Shown: positions 27,408-41,700 of the stretch, piece by piece
How the letters are laid out: each line of letters opens with the position of its first letter
Numbering within the stretch: the first letter of the stretch is position 1
From: Octopus bimaculoides
Lineage: Eukaryota
Direction of reading: 5' to 3'
Length of the DNA stretch: 64,000 nucleotides
Assembly: GCF_001194135.2 (NCBI RefSeq)
Contig: NC_068997.1
Coordinates: 29,402,574 to 29,466,573, forward strand
Translations under genes and position numbers: made by a program
Notes under the pieces: model-generated
What the model saw: the letters and a program-made list of their open reading frames with translations, nothing else
What the model was told of the DNA's origin: nothing
Databases searched by the model: none

Positions 27408-30400
27408 TAGCCCTTCTGTCCTGTTTCTTGGCAAGAATGTAATCTCTCTAAATGGAAAGATATAAAAATATATGATATAAACATGAATAAAAAATATATA
27501 AATCTAAAAATATGTTGAAGCAATATTTGAAATAGTTTTCTTATTTCTTTGTGACATTTAGACCAGAGTGTGATGTATTGCTGTTGTACAAGCACCAACT
27601 TCACAGATTTTCTCATGACTGTCCACAACGACATCAAAATGTATAAGGTATGTACATTGTCACTCGTTGATTTGTCATGCAACTGCTGCCAGAATGGTGC
27701 ACCAACTTCAAAGGCTTTAGTCCATAACATCAACCTTAGTACATTTTCACAGTCTGGTACTCATTTTATCAATCTATATTCATCAAACTGCTTTGTTATA
27801 GGACAGACAAGAGCACAACATAAACAATACCAGTTTTTAGACCTGCATAATCTATAAGCTTTTGATCATGGATTAAACAACATAAAACAAGAACATTTCT
27901 CTTTGTCTTCAAAGTTGGATCTTTTTACCATGTATATCCTGGTTTTAGAATAGGTATGTTGTTTATTCATAGCTGTAAAAGGTAACCTAAAAAGGTTAAC
28001 ATGAAGGGCATCTGGCCATAAAACGCTGCCTCAAGAAAACTACATTACCTAATGTCTTTAGGACTATAGAGTTGTATGATCTGAGGGAGTATGGTTGTTA
28101 TGTCTAGCAGATGAAGCAACCACATATAGGTTTCCTCTTTGGTTCACATTTATCAGTTTCATTGGTACTTCACATACTTTCGTTTTTTTTTTCTTTCTAG
28201 GCACAAACCAAAGATAATATTAATGGTAGGAATTTTCTTGGTGTTTGGGACCTTAAACAGCCTTCAAAGCCAGCCAAGTGAGTTTTCCAGTTTTTTTTTT
28301 TTTTTTGTAAATTCTTTATTAATTCATGAGAGGACATTACAACGATAGCACTAAAATTTATGGAAAATGGTCCTGAATTTGGTGTGGATGAAAGACCAAA
28401 ACACTTCACTGTTTACTCTGGGGTTGGAAGAGGGCATCTGGCCAGAGAAGGGTATGATCAAGTATGGCCCCTGCACATACTCACACACATATATATAAGA
28501 TACATTCCAGAGGGTTTGAGATTTTTTTTCAGAAGAGACATTTATTCATTTCAAAGCTGTATAAAGTTCTAATCTCCTTCAAAGTAGAATCTTCTGGTTT
28601 CAATACACTTGTAGCATTCCAGCCACTTCGTAAATGCCCCATAAAAGTCCTTCAAAGTGAAGGTGTCCAAATATGCGCACACCTTCATAAAACATATACA
28701 TTGATTAAACAACATCCTAATGATAAGTAATAACATGCAAGGTGATGAGTTAGCAGACATTAGGGGTTCATATTGAAACCCCATGCGGTATTTATTCTAA
28801 CTCTGTGCTCTGAGTTCAAATCACATTGAGGCCAACTTCACCTTTCATCCGTCCAGAGTCGGTAAAAGGTATCAGACCCAAGTGATGGATTATTGAAATG
28901 ATTAGAGCATCGGAGCAGTTGCCTTTTGGGATCTGTTCTATGGTGAAAGCAATTCCTGCCAAAATTTATTTACCTTTCCTTTAGAAAATGGCAATGCTAC
29001 TGAGAGGGAAACACTTGTATACAGGGGAGGCAAACCTCCTGAGGCGGAATATTCCAGGAGCAGTTAAATGGTTAACCCTGACCAGCAAAAGACCTTCACA
29101 ACAACTAATGCACAACTATTATTTTGGAATTTTGTGGGAATTAAGCAAGAAATATGTTAATTTGGTCCAAGGACTGCCCAGGCCTGCCTAAGTGACGTAT
29201 AATCAAAGGTGGTTCAAGTCATTACTTTGCTATTGTTTATTCAGGAATAGTGTATCTACGACTTCCTTAAACAATGTGTCAGATTTTTAAGCTGATAGGA
29301 TAGACTGTAAATTAAGAGAGATTCAATTCAACTGCCATATCTACAGCACAAGTGACAATATAAAACCCTCAAATTTGGTTCCATAGAAAATATTACATCC
29401 TAGATTTATGGATTATTGAAAAATAAGTATTTTCCTTTCCAGGAATATTGGATTGGATTGATAAGGATTAAAGAGCAAGAAGATTGACAAAATTCGGTGT
29501 AAAAGCTATCGTTGAATAATTATTTTACATTTTGCTGAAAACCTGTTTTACTTCATAGCATCACGATTCCTGTTGCCAACAAAAGTAATTCTGTGAAATT
29601 TTCTTGTAATTGTTTTCTTGTTTTGGATTTGGCTTCTTCCTTTTTTTTTTTTTTTCCAGAATTCTTTCAAGTGAATCTCAAATTAGTTGTTGCTGTTTTG
29701 GTCCTTCAAGTTCTAAATTAACATTTGCTGGTTGTGTGAGTATTAAATATTCTCTTTACTTAAACCACAGAGAAAAGGAGAAACCTATACAAACTTGTAT
29801 GTGCACACACACACACACACACACACACACACCATATTTCTTGTGTGTAATGTGAGAAATTGAGTACAAAACATCAAAGTCAAAACTGATGGATAGCATT
29901 ATACATGAGTGAAACAAAAAGAGAAAGGATAAGATATATTACTGATTGGCACCTGTACTGGTGGCATGTAGACATATGCCGGTGTCATGCAAATTGGCAC
30001 CCATGCTGGTGGCACATAAAAGCACCCATTACATTCTTGGAGTGGTTGGCATTAGGAAGGGCATCCAGCTGTAAAAAACCATGCCAAATCAGACTGGAGT
30101 CTGGTACAGCCTTCCAGCTTACCAGCCCTGGTCAAACCATCCAACCCATGCCAGCCTGGACAATGGATGCTAAATGATGATGATGATGATGATAGTTTAA
30201 AAAGACTGAAGTCACATTTTATTCAAGATTGCATTGTACTTGAGGCAAAATGGTGTGTGTGTCTTATATGTATATATGTGTAGTCCCACCCATGCTAGCA
30301 TAGAATACGGACATTAAATGATGATGTGTGTATATCTGTAACAGGTTGTTAACGCTGTCATAAAGGGTTTAGCTTTATGGCGTATCATCAGGTCCCAAAA

Positions 30401-30722
30401 CCTTAAGAATATAAATGGGGCAAGAACATGCATGTGCCTGCATTCGCAAAAATGGGTAAACTAAGGTAATCCTATAAACCGGTCTTCCCCATTTTTAATA
30501 TATACTGCTCTATACTTACTTGCAGGTATTGGTAGTGCAAATCAGAGGTGCAATCTGTGTGGGTGTTTTTTCAAAACACTGTCTGGTTTAAAAAGCCACA
30601 TCAGACGCCATGAAAGGGCTAAGGTGTAGGTGCAGGAGGTGGTCAAACTCTGTTTAAGGAGTAGACAACCACCATATATGGGTACAGGACATCAAAAAAA
30701 CGTAGACAAAATGAGAAATGAT

Positions 30723-30762
<40 letters not shown>

Positions 30763-30947
30763 TATAATTCAGAAGGTATATTCTTTTACTTGTTTTACTC
30801 ATTTGACTGCGGCCATGCTGGAGCACCACCTTTTAGTCAAGCAAATTGACCCCAGGACTTATTCTATAAGTCTCTAAGTTACGGAGATGTAAACACACCA
30901 GCATTGGTTGTCAAGCAATGGTGGGAGGGACACACACAAACATACAA

Positions 30948-30993
<46 letters not shown>

Positions 30994-33900
30994 GACACGC
31001 TTCTTTTAGTTTCCGTCTACCAAATCTACTCACAAGGTTTTGGTTGACCCAAGGCTATAGTAGAAGACACTTGCCCATGGTGCCATGCAGTGGGACTGAA
31101 CCCGAACCATGTGGCTGGTAAGCAAGCTACTTACCACACAGCCACTCCTATTTATATATTTTAATGTCACCTGTTCTCTGCTTCAGGTTGATGGCTCTAT
31201 CCTTGTGTGGGATACACGTGAAGCAGAATCTCTACACCAATCTATTCACCTCGATGGAGTCTCATATACAGTTCGGCATCCAGCATATAACACTGGTAAG
31301 TAACATAAAGTTAGGAACCATTATTATACTTCAATTCCCACAGAATACAGGAATAACTTTTCTCCACTCTTCTCGACTCTGAACTATAAAGCCTTCCTCT
31401 CTCAAGTTTTCTTGGTTAGTGCCATGTAAAACGCGCCCAGTCCACATTGCAAAGTGATTGTCATTAGGAAGAGCATCCTGCTGTAGAAACCATGCCAAAG
31501 CAGACAATTGGACCCTGGTATGGCTCCCCCAGCTGGCCAACTCTTGTCAAACTGTACAACCCATGACAGCATGGAAAACGGCTGCTAATTAATAATGATG
31601 AAGTCGTCAATGCATCTGTAACTTTGCTTTTCTCTAGGCAGGGCTGTTGGCCCTAGATAAATCCATTTTTACTTCTGGGAAGAGGTGATCTATAATAGTC
31701 TGGCCTCTAACCTTTGACCTGTCTAGCATGTGAAGCCCTGCTGTAAGGGTCATTGAGGTATAGAAGCCACCACACTGCAACAAGGACTGGACCTTGTAGT
31801 GGATGAGTATACCTAGTTTGTCTTAACATCACCTCAACTGAGAAGAGATGAAAGTCACACAGTGCTCTCGACAAAGTGTGTGATATTGGTGTTGGAGGGC
31901 TTAGAAAGGATGAGGTAAACCAATTCTGCTGTGACATGAGTGGGAATGAATGATGGAGCACAAATGAGGGCAAAATTGGGAAGAATGTACATGAGAAAAG
32001 ACTGTTCTGGTTCCGACATGTGGTATGTATAAAGAATAATAACAGTGGCACCAGGAAGTGCCAAGAGGGATCCGAATGGAAGGAAGCAGTGGGAAAAGAA
32101 AACTAAGAGAAGCATGGAAGTTATTGTTTGGAAGCTGAACCACATGAAGATGACGACCAGGGACTGTAACAAGTGGTCAGATGTGTCAACCTCCTCATAT
32201 CTCTTCCTCCCTCTCTCCTTTCTCCTCCTTCTCTTCTTCCTCTACTACACATCCTTTTCCTCTCGTGTATCCATACCAGTCCAATTATCTCTCCCGCATA
32301 TACATCCATTAATATTTTTCATACCCACCCCCCGTCCACCCCACCCTCTCAGCCCATTCGCATTCTACGCCTGCAACAACATTTTGCTTTCAGCCAACCA
32401 GATTCACTTGATTCCTTTTCAACTTCCAAAGATTTTTCCCTTTTTGTCCCCTGCCAATGTTTTGCTTCCGTGCAGAATCTTACTCCTTAAACACACCTTA
32501 AAACGTCTGCCGTTTGCGCACATAAGTGCACATGCACTTTTGTCTCTAAACAGCAACAACGACAACAAAACTGAACTGTTTTCACTACTCCGTTATTCTA
32601 GCAACTGAGCTTTCACAGAATTCACCTGTGACATTTAATTAAATCATCTCCATGGTAACAGAAACTACCAGTTATATCTACGGAACCATTCATTTACTTC
32701 ATAAATTCCATTCCATGGGAGGACCTCTCAGTCCCTCCCACTGCTAACCAGCAACTTTATTGCTTGTTTTTCAATGTATTTTTCTTATTTCTTTTAATAA
32801 AAATTATAAAAGGAACAAACTAAAATAACAACAACAACAAAAATTCCAGTAAAAGTTCAACATGTTACAATTCTTAATCTCTTAATCTCTGTTCAGCTGG
32901 ATTAATGATGTTCAACTCACACCAGGCCCCTGTGCAGAGCATTTGTCATGTACCCAGGCAGTCTTATAAGTAAGTACCATGGATTTTACTCACCCTTATT
33001 TTGTTGATTTCCTACCTTGTGGTGCCAAGTTCCATTACTATTATTCTCGTTACTAGTTTCAAATTTTGGCACAAGGCCAGCAATTTCAGAAGTGGGGGTT
33101 AAGTCATTCACATCTACCCCAGTGCGCAACTGGTACTTAGTTTATCAACCTTGAAAGGATGAAAGGTAAAGTCAATCTTGGCAGAATTTGAACTCAGAAC
33201 ATAAAGACAGATAAAATGCCACTAAGCATTTTGCATGGCACAGTCGAGTGTCACAATGTCATTGTCATTCTCCTCAGTAAAGTTTGCCATAAAGTAGCAA
33301 GATGTCTGGTGCATTTGAATAAACCCCTTTCTCAGAAAGAAGCTTATTTCTTTTTACTGTAAGACTGTGGTTTACTGTAAGACTGTGGTTTACTGTAAGA
33401 CTGAGCAAACAGATTTTGTTTTTAACCTCATTTGTGTTGTTCTCCTCCTCCTCTTCATCATTTAATGTCTGTTGTCCATGCTGGCATGGGTTGGATGGTT
33501 TCACCAGGGCTAGCAAACTGGAAGGCTGCACCAGACTCCAGTCTGATTTGGCATGGTTTCTACAGCTGGATGCCCTCCCTAATGCCAACCACTCTGATAG
33601 TGCTTTTATGTGGCATGGGCTCATTTGTGGGACACCAGTATCTGCCGTGACTGCGATTTTATTTGGCTTCATGGGTCTTCTTCTCAAGCATGACGTAATG
33701 CCAAAGGTCTCAGTGATTACCTCTGTGAGGCCCAACACTCGAAAGGAACTTTTCACATGCCACCGGCATCAGCCACATTGCCTCTGTGAGGCCTGAACCA
33801 TCAAATCCTGGTGGCATCATTGAGAGGAATCCTGATGGAACCATCATGATATTCTACATGTGTTGGGTATCTAAATTTGACAAGGTACCGTGCAGTGGGA

Positions 33901-36900
33901 TTGAACCTGAGCCTGCATGTTTCGGCAATAAGCTTCTTGACCACTCAACCATACCTGTGCCAAAATGTTGCTTCTATTTGTTTTTTCAAACCCAGAAGAT
34001 TAAAACGGAAGCTCTTGTAGGATGTCAACTCATAACGTAGCAAGAGGAACCTTTAGGTGTCTAAATAGGGAATCTTAATAATCCAAAACTATAATTTCTA
34101 CTCCATTACAACAGCCCTTATTGTAACACTCAATTATATCAACCATTTCTTTTACAGAAAGTGAGATCTGTTCTCTCTCAGTTTCCATTCATTTTGATTT
34201 TCTTAACTAGTTTTGGACTTGGCTTTGCCTGATGCAAACCTCTGCAGAAATTTCTTAAATCATGTCAATAAATTTATCCCCTTCTCTCACTGAAACAAAG
34301 GCAAACATCATCATCATTTTACAGTTGCTGTCCGTGCAAGCATGGGTTGGATGGATCCAGAAGACTAATTCTTACACGTATATCTGTTTCTGACTGGCTC
34401 CCATACTGGTGGTACGTAAAAAGCACCCACTATACTCTCGGAATGGTTGGTGTTAGGAAGGGCATCCAGCTGTAGAAACATTGCCAGATCAAATTGGAGC
34501 CTCATGTGACCTCCTAGCTTGCCAGTCCCCAGTCAAACCGTCCAACCCATGCCAGCATGGAAAGCGGATCTTAAACGATGATGATGATGATGATGACTTA
34601 GCTTCTTCTAAGGATACATGCCCTTCCTAACACCCATCGCCTTACGGAGTGGCAGCAGCACTAAAAAGGGTGTCATCTCCTTGGTTCACTAAAATACCTC
34701 TGTTCTACATTGTCTCTGAATAGTTAAGGTAAATGTGAAGAGGATAGATGAAGAGAAGGTGAGTGTGATGGGGTAAAACAGAGTGAGAGGATTATAGCCA
34801 GGGGAGTAATGGATGAGAGACACTGATAGCTTACATATTATACAATATATTGTTGTTGTTGTTGTTTACTAATCTCATGGTTATTATCTAAATATTTTAT
34901 TTTGGCAGTTTAAAAGATTCAAGACATTTAAGTAAGTAAATATAATCCTTTATTTCAAGACATCTTCTTTTAATCAACTCAATACTACTTCAGGTCTTTT
35001 CAATATAAAACCACCTGAAAGTTCTGTCTTCATTCTACTGTAGTAGACAGTAGATCAGTGGTATTGTTGGCGTCGTTGCTGGAAACTGGCTGGAGCTGTG
35101 TTCTGTGAGATGATCAACGACCAGACTTGTAAGAGGTCTGAAGTCGAAGACAAACTGGCATGGATGAAGCAGGCTTATTTATTGATAAACAAGGGCTCCA
35201 GAAAGCAGCAGAAAACTCTTTCTCACGTGACCTTATTAGAAGGCCACGATTGGTCGGTATGCACCCTGGCGCGAAACAGAACTGTTGACAAATGCAGCAC
35301 AAATAAGAGCCAATCAGGGTGATGGACAGAAGGGTCTTAGGCAGCCGAAAGCTAGATGTTAGCCACTACGTTATCATTCGTAAATAAACACCTGAGAGAG
35401 AGGTTTCACTACGACCACAACTCGGATACTGGTCAACATCTTTTGTTGTCAAAATGGATTTTATTTTGATACGATTCTTATTTATTCCCACATGACATTC
35501 TCTTCAGATATTTTTAGATGTTCATTTTGTACAGTCTGTGTTTACAAATTAATTTTATTCATTGAAATTATTATTTCCAAGTGGTTTTATTGTTTGTTTT
35601 TTCAACAAAAAAAAACCCATCAGAATTTAATATCACTTTGTAATATAAAAATCAATGGGAAAATCAATCCATTATGGCAAGCAATAAACTCACTGCTTGT
35701 AATATTCAATGATTAAAACTAGTTTTAAATTTATCTTTTAGGTTTGGAACCAGAAGTTTCCTTCCAGCTATTAAGCATGGATTGTATCGGACACATCAAT
35801 ATTTGGGTAAAAGAATATGTACATTCTTATATTTGATGTAATTTGTAGAGCTATGAAAGGGTGGTTATTTTCAGTTACATCCACAAGCCATGTGGATGTA
35901 ACTGTCTTTACTTACATGTGGGTCATCTTCATTATATTGGGTTGTTTAGAAAATTAGCTTCTTTAACTGTAGCCTGTGTTTTCATATTTACCCAATTTTT
36001 CTGATTCCATTCTTGTGTTAATCATTTGTCTTAAGTATTGATTGTATTATATTTGTAGGTAATAATTCTTCTGTATAATTTAGGGACAACCAAGAGCTAT
36101 TTGTAAAGAAATTTAGGTTAAACAACATCAAGTTAAACAACCATATAGTAATTCTTTGTCTTCAACAGAAGCATTAATTGTTCTCTCTAGTGAAATGACC
36201 TTGTAATCCACAAGACAAAAGAGCCCCCCCCCCCTATACATAATCATATATAAGGAACATATGCCTGCAGGCACATTTTTCCATATCATCATCACCATTT
36301 AACATCTGTTTTCCATGCTGGCATGGGTTGGATGGTTTGACCAGAACAGAAGAGCTAGAAGGCTCCACAAGGTTCTATGTCTGCTTCTACAGTTGGATGC
36401 TCTTCCTAATGCCAACCACTTAACAGAGTGTATTGGGTGCTTTTTATGTGGCACCATTAATGGTGAGGTCTCCAGGCACCTGCAACATAAAACCCTCCAA
36501 CATATCAACATAACCATGTTATTTTATGCACTTAGAACTACAAAGATCTGGAATTTTCAGTTGACTGAAATTCTTTGTACTTGCAGGTTGTTGTTGAACT
36601 GACTTCTGTACAATTTCATGGTTCACTCACAGAGCTTGGTTTGAGGCCTGGAAGTAAAGTAAAACTTGTGCAAAGCTCAACACTTAGTATCCAGAGTCCT
36701 CTGAGGTAACTGCTTCTTTTCATTCTTATCTTCATCATCATCATCATTATTATTATTATTATTATTAAGGCAGCGTGCTGGTAGAATTGTTAACAAACCG
36801 GACAGAATGCTTATCCACATTTCATCTGCCCTTACATTCTGAGTTCAAATTCTACCAAAGTCAACTGTGCTTTTGTCCTTTTGGGGGTCGATAAATTAAG

Positions 36901-38744
36901 TACCAGTGAAACACTGGGATCAATGTAATCAACGAGTCCCCTCCCCACCAAATTTCAGGTCTTGTGCCTTCAGTAAAAAGGATTATTATTATTATTGTTA
37001 TTATTATTAAGGTATTGAGCTAGCAGAATAATTAGTATGCCCAGCAAAATGCTTAATGAAATTTCGTCTGCCCTTACATTCTGAGTTCAAATACTGCCGG
37101 GGTCAACTTTGCCTTTCATCCTTTCGGGGTCAATAAATTAAGTACCAGTTGCGTACTGGGGTTGATATATTCAACTTACCCACTCCTCCAAAATTGTTGT
37201 ATGGCACTTTGGGCAAGTGTCTTCTATAGAAGCCAACCAAAGCCTTATGAGTGGTTTCGGTTGATGGAAACTGAATGAAGCCTATCATGTGCGTGTATGT
37301 CCCCTTGTGTTCAGATCACATGATTGTTGTAAATGAGAGTCACTGTTATATAAGCAGTATTATTCATTTCCAATATCCTGTGGAGTCATATCTAGTAATG
37401 GGGAAATATTACCTTGCTTGGAAACAGACGTTAAATAATAATCACACACATACACTTCTATACAGTTTCTGTCTGCCAAATTTTCATTCACAAAGCAATT
37501 GGCAGCCTGGTGCTATAGCAGAAGATATTTGCCTGAAGTGTCTCACAGTAAGATGGGTTGCAAAACCATTTCGAAGCAAATTTCTTTTGTGTTGCAGAAT
37601 GCTAAATGTCTGCATGCCATTACCCACTGTCTTTCTTTCTATCTCTCTCTCTGGTTTTCTTTTATTATATTTTTTACAGGGATCCGCTCTGTCTATCTGG
37701 AATCCAAACTCATCAACTGTGTCTCTTACCTGAAAATCCAAACGAGATTTATATTGCAACTGATACAGTAAGATGGAATTAATTATTTTTCTAAATATTC
37801 ATGTTATAAACGAGCAGCTCTTTAATTAACTTGATGATTATTATGCTGTTACCGTTTTAGTATAAATAATCTTCTTTGCAAAATTCTGCACTTGATAGAT
37901 AAACATACTGAGGAATGACTTCCAACATCTGTGTTAGAGTAGCAGTTAAATTTCTCATAAGTTTCACCCTATTTTTTTTTTTTTTGAAAAAAAAAGGGAG
38001 AAGATATTGAATAAAGTAATTCTAGATACTCTACACCTGAAACAAAAATGAGATGGCCATAGTTAGCATGTCTTTTGTATTAGCTGTCTGCTGGATTAGG
38101 GCTGACCTTGGGCTAAACAACAACAACACTTACCTATATTGTCAGTAATTTTATTATTTCATGTGTGTGTGATCTGATCTTGACATTGTGTGATAGGTGT
38201 AGATGAGTGTCACTGTTATACAAGCAGTGTCGTTTATTTCTAAAATTCTGCAAAACTGTATCTGGTATTGGGGAAAATGTTACCTTGCTTGAAAACAGGA
38301 GAGGGTTGATGACAAGAGGGGCATACAGCTGTAGAAAATCTGTCTGGACCCAACTCTACCTGACCTAGGTAGAAATGGAGAAGTGGACAGTCAAACAACA
38401 ACAATGATGATGATGAATTAACTCTTGCAATTATGAATTACAGAATTAGCATTTGTTGTGGCTTATCCCCAGTCAGTAGTAATCAATGGACTTATGGTTT
38501 TATTGATTGTTAAATGACTTGGTATAATTTCAAGATCATTATCATCGCATCCAATGTTTTTGGAGTGAGATTTATTGAGTCTGAGATTCCTTTTCTAATG
38601 TGGTTTTCTTTTCTTTTTTTTTTTTAAGTAAAATATTTTATTCTGATGGTTTTTGCATGCCAACACCACCAAATAGTCATTTTATTTATGGAGCATACAA
38701 ACATCACTACTGACCAAGTGATATTAATACAGAGATACAAAGAA

Positions 38745-38775
<31 letters not shown>

Positions 38776-41700
38776 ACAGGCTTCTGTACAGTTTCTGTCC
38801 ACCAAATTTCACCCACAAAGCATTGGTCAATGCATGGTTATAGTAAAACTAGCAGGCAGTGTGATCAAATCCACGTGGTTGTGAAATAAACTTCTGAACT
38901 GCACAGCTATGCCTGTACTTACCAACTAGATTTAGATATAAGGATCTCTGATTGAAAGATATTCTGCAGTTTGATAGAAAACAAAAAATGTCTTCCTTTG
39001 CCTTCCTGTTTCTCTTAACTCATCATCTCCATTTTATGCTGTTTTCTCTGCTGGAGGGCTGTAATTCTGAATAAGAACTCTGGCATTTTACAGGACCATG
39101 TCTCATTCATACATACCACTTTTGTTATGGTTTCTGTGGCTGGATGCCCTTCCTAACACCAACTATATCACAAAGTTTACTGGGTACATTTTATCATGAT
39201 CCCAACAGTTAAGATATCCTGTCCTCAGCCTAACTCGAAGGCCTTCTCAACCCTGCATTGTCTTCACTCATTCCCCAGCCACTTCACTTAGTGTACTAGG
39301 TGCATTTTTATCATGGTGCCAATATTAGAGGGGTTGCATTGTGCCCCGCAAGACTAAAAAATCTTCACTGCTTTACATTGCTTCCATTCATTCGCAACAA
39401 CATGATCAACAAGCTAATTAAATCTAGTAATTCTTCTTTTTATTCTTCTTCCTCTCTGTGTCATATTTTATTCAGGGACACATTGTTCATTCTGTACGAC
39501 TTGGATCCATACCTTATCCTAGAGTTCATTATCCCCAAAAAAGTAAGTATTGCATATCTGTTAATTGTTTTAATTAATTTTCCTCTTGTGACAATGAAAG
39601 CAAAATTGAGACCTAGAGGGAGCCCCTACAAGGTCACTTGACCTGCTAGAAATAACAACCAAATTTCTTTTCAATCATTTGCTACTATCTTAAAATCGGA
39701 AAGACACATTAGATAATGTTGCCTGTGTATCTGTTAACTCAATGTTCAAATTAGAGTTTCTTTTATCCTACTAACGAGATGGTTAACTAACTGTTATCAC
39801 ATCCAAATTATGTTGGTGTGAATATTTTAAATTCATTTTAAAAAGTTTGGTATTTGAGGAAATATTTCCAAATGTTTCTATTTTATTTTCCAGTGAATGG
39901 TTCCTGTGTGCTCTCTGAAGTATTATCTATTGATTTTTCCCCATTCAAGCTGCCTTGTTTCCTGGTGGGTAATATTTATGTGTTTAGACTTTTTTTTTTT
40001 AATCTTTTAGTGAAAAGGAGAAAGCGACTCCCATCACTTTTGACCGGAATTTCAAGAAGGGAGGAAGCCATCCTCAAACTGAAGACCTGGTCTAAATGCT
40101 TGCGACAGAGTGTCAGGTGGTGGATCAAGTGGACCACCCAACTAGGTCATAGTGTGATTTGAACTCAGCGTGCAAAGAACCAGAATAAATACCACAAGGC
40201 ATCTCCTCCTCTGTCTTTGTCAGTTCACTGCCCTATACTGTTATTTTATTTATCAATCCTTCCAGGATAAATAAATGCAAGGTGTAAGATTAAATACTTC
40301 ATTCGGAGTTCTAACAACACTTCCAGTTTGCTGCCTGGCAAGAGAAAATTAAAGCATTTGTAAGTGGAGTAAAAATCAAAACTTGAGATTGGTTGAAAAA
40401 TTCTACCTGAAACGGTGGAGATGTCTTCTTCAAATGCAACATTACACTTCATTTCTTGCATCTGTATGTACAATTTAGTATCGCAGTCAGGATGTGGTTG
40501 CATCTGATTTACTACTTAGACATGTCACAGTTGAATTGATGTTGGGTGGGGGGAGAAAAAAAACCATACTCTGACTGACAATGATTTGAAACCTTAACGA
40601 TTTGCTTCAATGGTTCATGTAAATTTCTGGATTTGTATACCCAGCCAAATCATATTTGTTGTACAGTTCTATATTTAAGAGATGTGGAATTATGTACATC
40701 ATTTACATATGACAGATATTTGTCCTCATCTTGTTTGTTAACACGTTTCGACTAATATACCCTCCAGCCTTTATGGGCATATGGTGTAGTGGTTAAAAGC
40801 GTGGGCTACTAACCCCAAGATTCCGAGTTCAATTCCAGGCAGTGAACTGAATAATAATAATAATAATAATATCGAAAAATACCTTAGGAATGAGAACCCA
40901 AGTTCAAAATTTCCCCAAGACACCTGATGAAGGCTGGAGGGTATATCAACCAAAACATTGTGTTAACAACAAACAAGATGAGGACAAATATCCGTCAAAT
41001 GTAAATAATGTACATATTTGTTGTGTACACATTGTTGTCAAATATAAAATCAGTAAGATTGTTATAGTATATTCTAAACCTCATCCTGAATCATTGCCAA
41101 TGCTTTCGATATATAATAGGCTGCAGAAGAAGAAGAAGACGACGTTCTGACGCATCAAGGCCAAAGTTGTTTGAACACATCAGCTTCTGTTGCATTTGCT
41201 GGCAGAGAGATATCAGCTTCAAGCCACAATTTAATTTTCTTCTTTCTTACATGCAGGGAAATTGTTGTGTGGTTAAGAGATCATCCTACTAATTTTTAAA
41301 ATCTGACAACCTGGTTGAGACCCTGAACTTTGCTGACCTCAGTTTCATAAAAACATTTTAAAGGATATCGCTATTATAAGTGCAGAAAATGAGAAACAGA
41401 TACTGTTGAATTGCATTAAAAAAACAAAAAACAAGAAGACTTTGGTTATGGGGTACTGCAATAATTGATTTGAACAACACTTCACTGGGTGACAGCCACA
41501 CTTGATTTAAACATATCTAAATAAAATTTTGTTTCAAATTTCTTGTTATCTTCTGTCATTTTCAGATCTAGGACAAAACATCAGGTAATTTTTTTATATT
41601 TTAATTTTGTGTTAACTCTGTTTCAAAGAATGTTTACTGGAATATTTACATGTGATTTCTATATTTTTCCATACACAATCAAGACTGGTTATTCTGATGG

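Noticed and set aside
39300-39641. 113-aa ORF as a separate gene
   Set aside because: It overlaps WDR60 exon 39476-39542 in another frame; the rest is intron or repeat.
40773-40850. tRNA-like sequence (also 59270-59345 and 58050-58130)
   Set aside because: A/B boxes belong to SINE heads; no complete cloverleaf.
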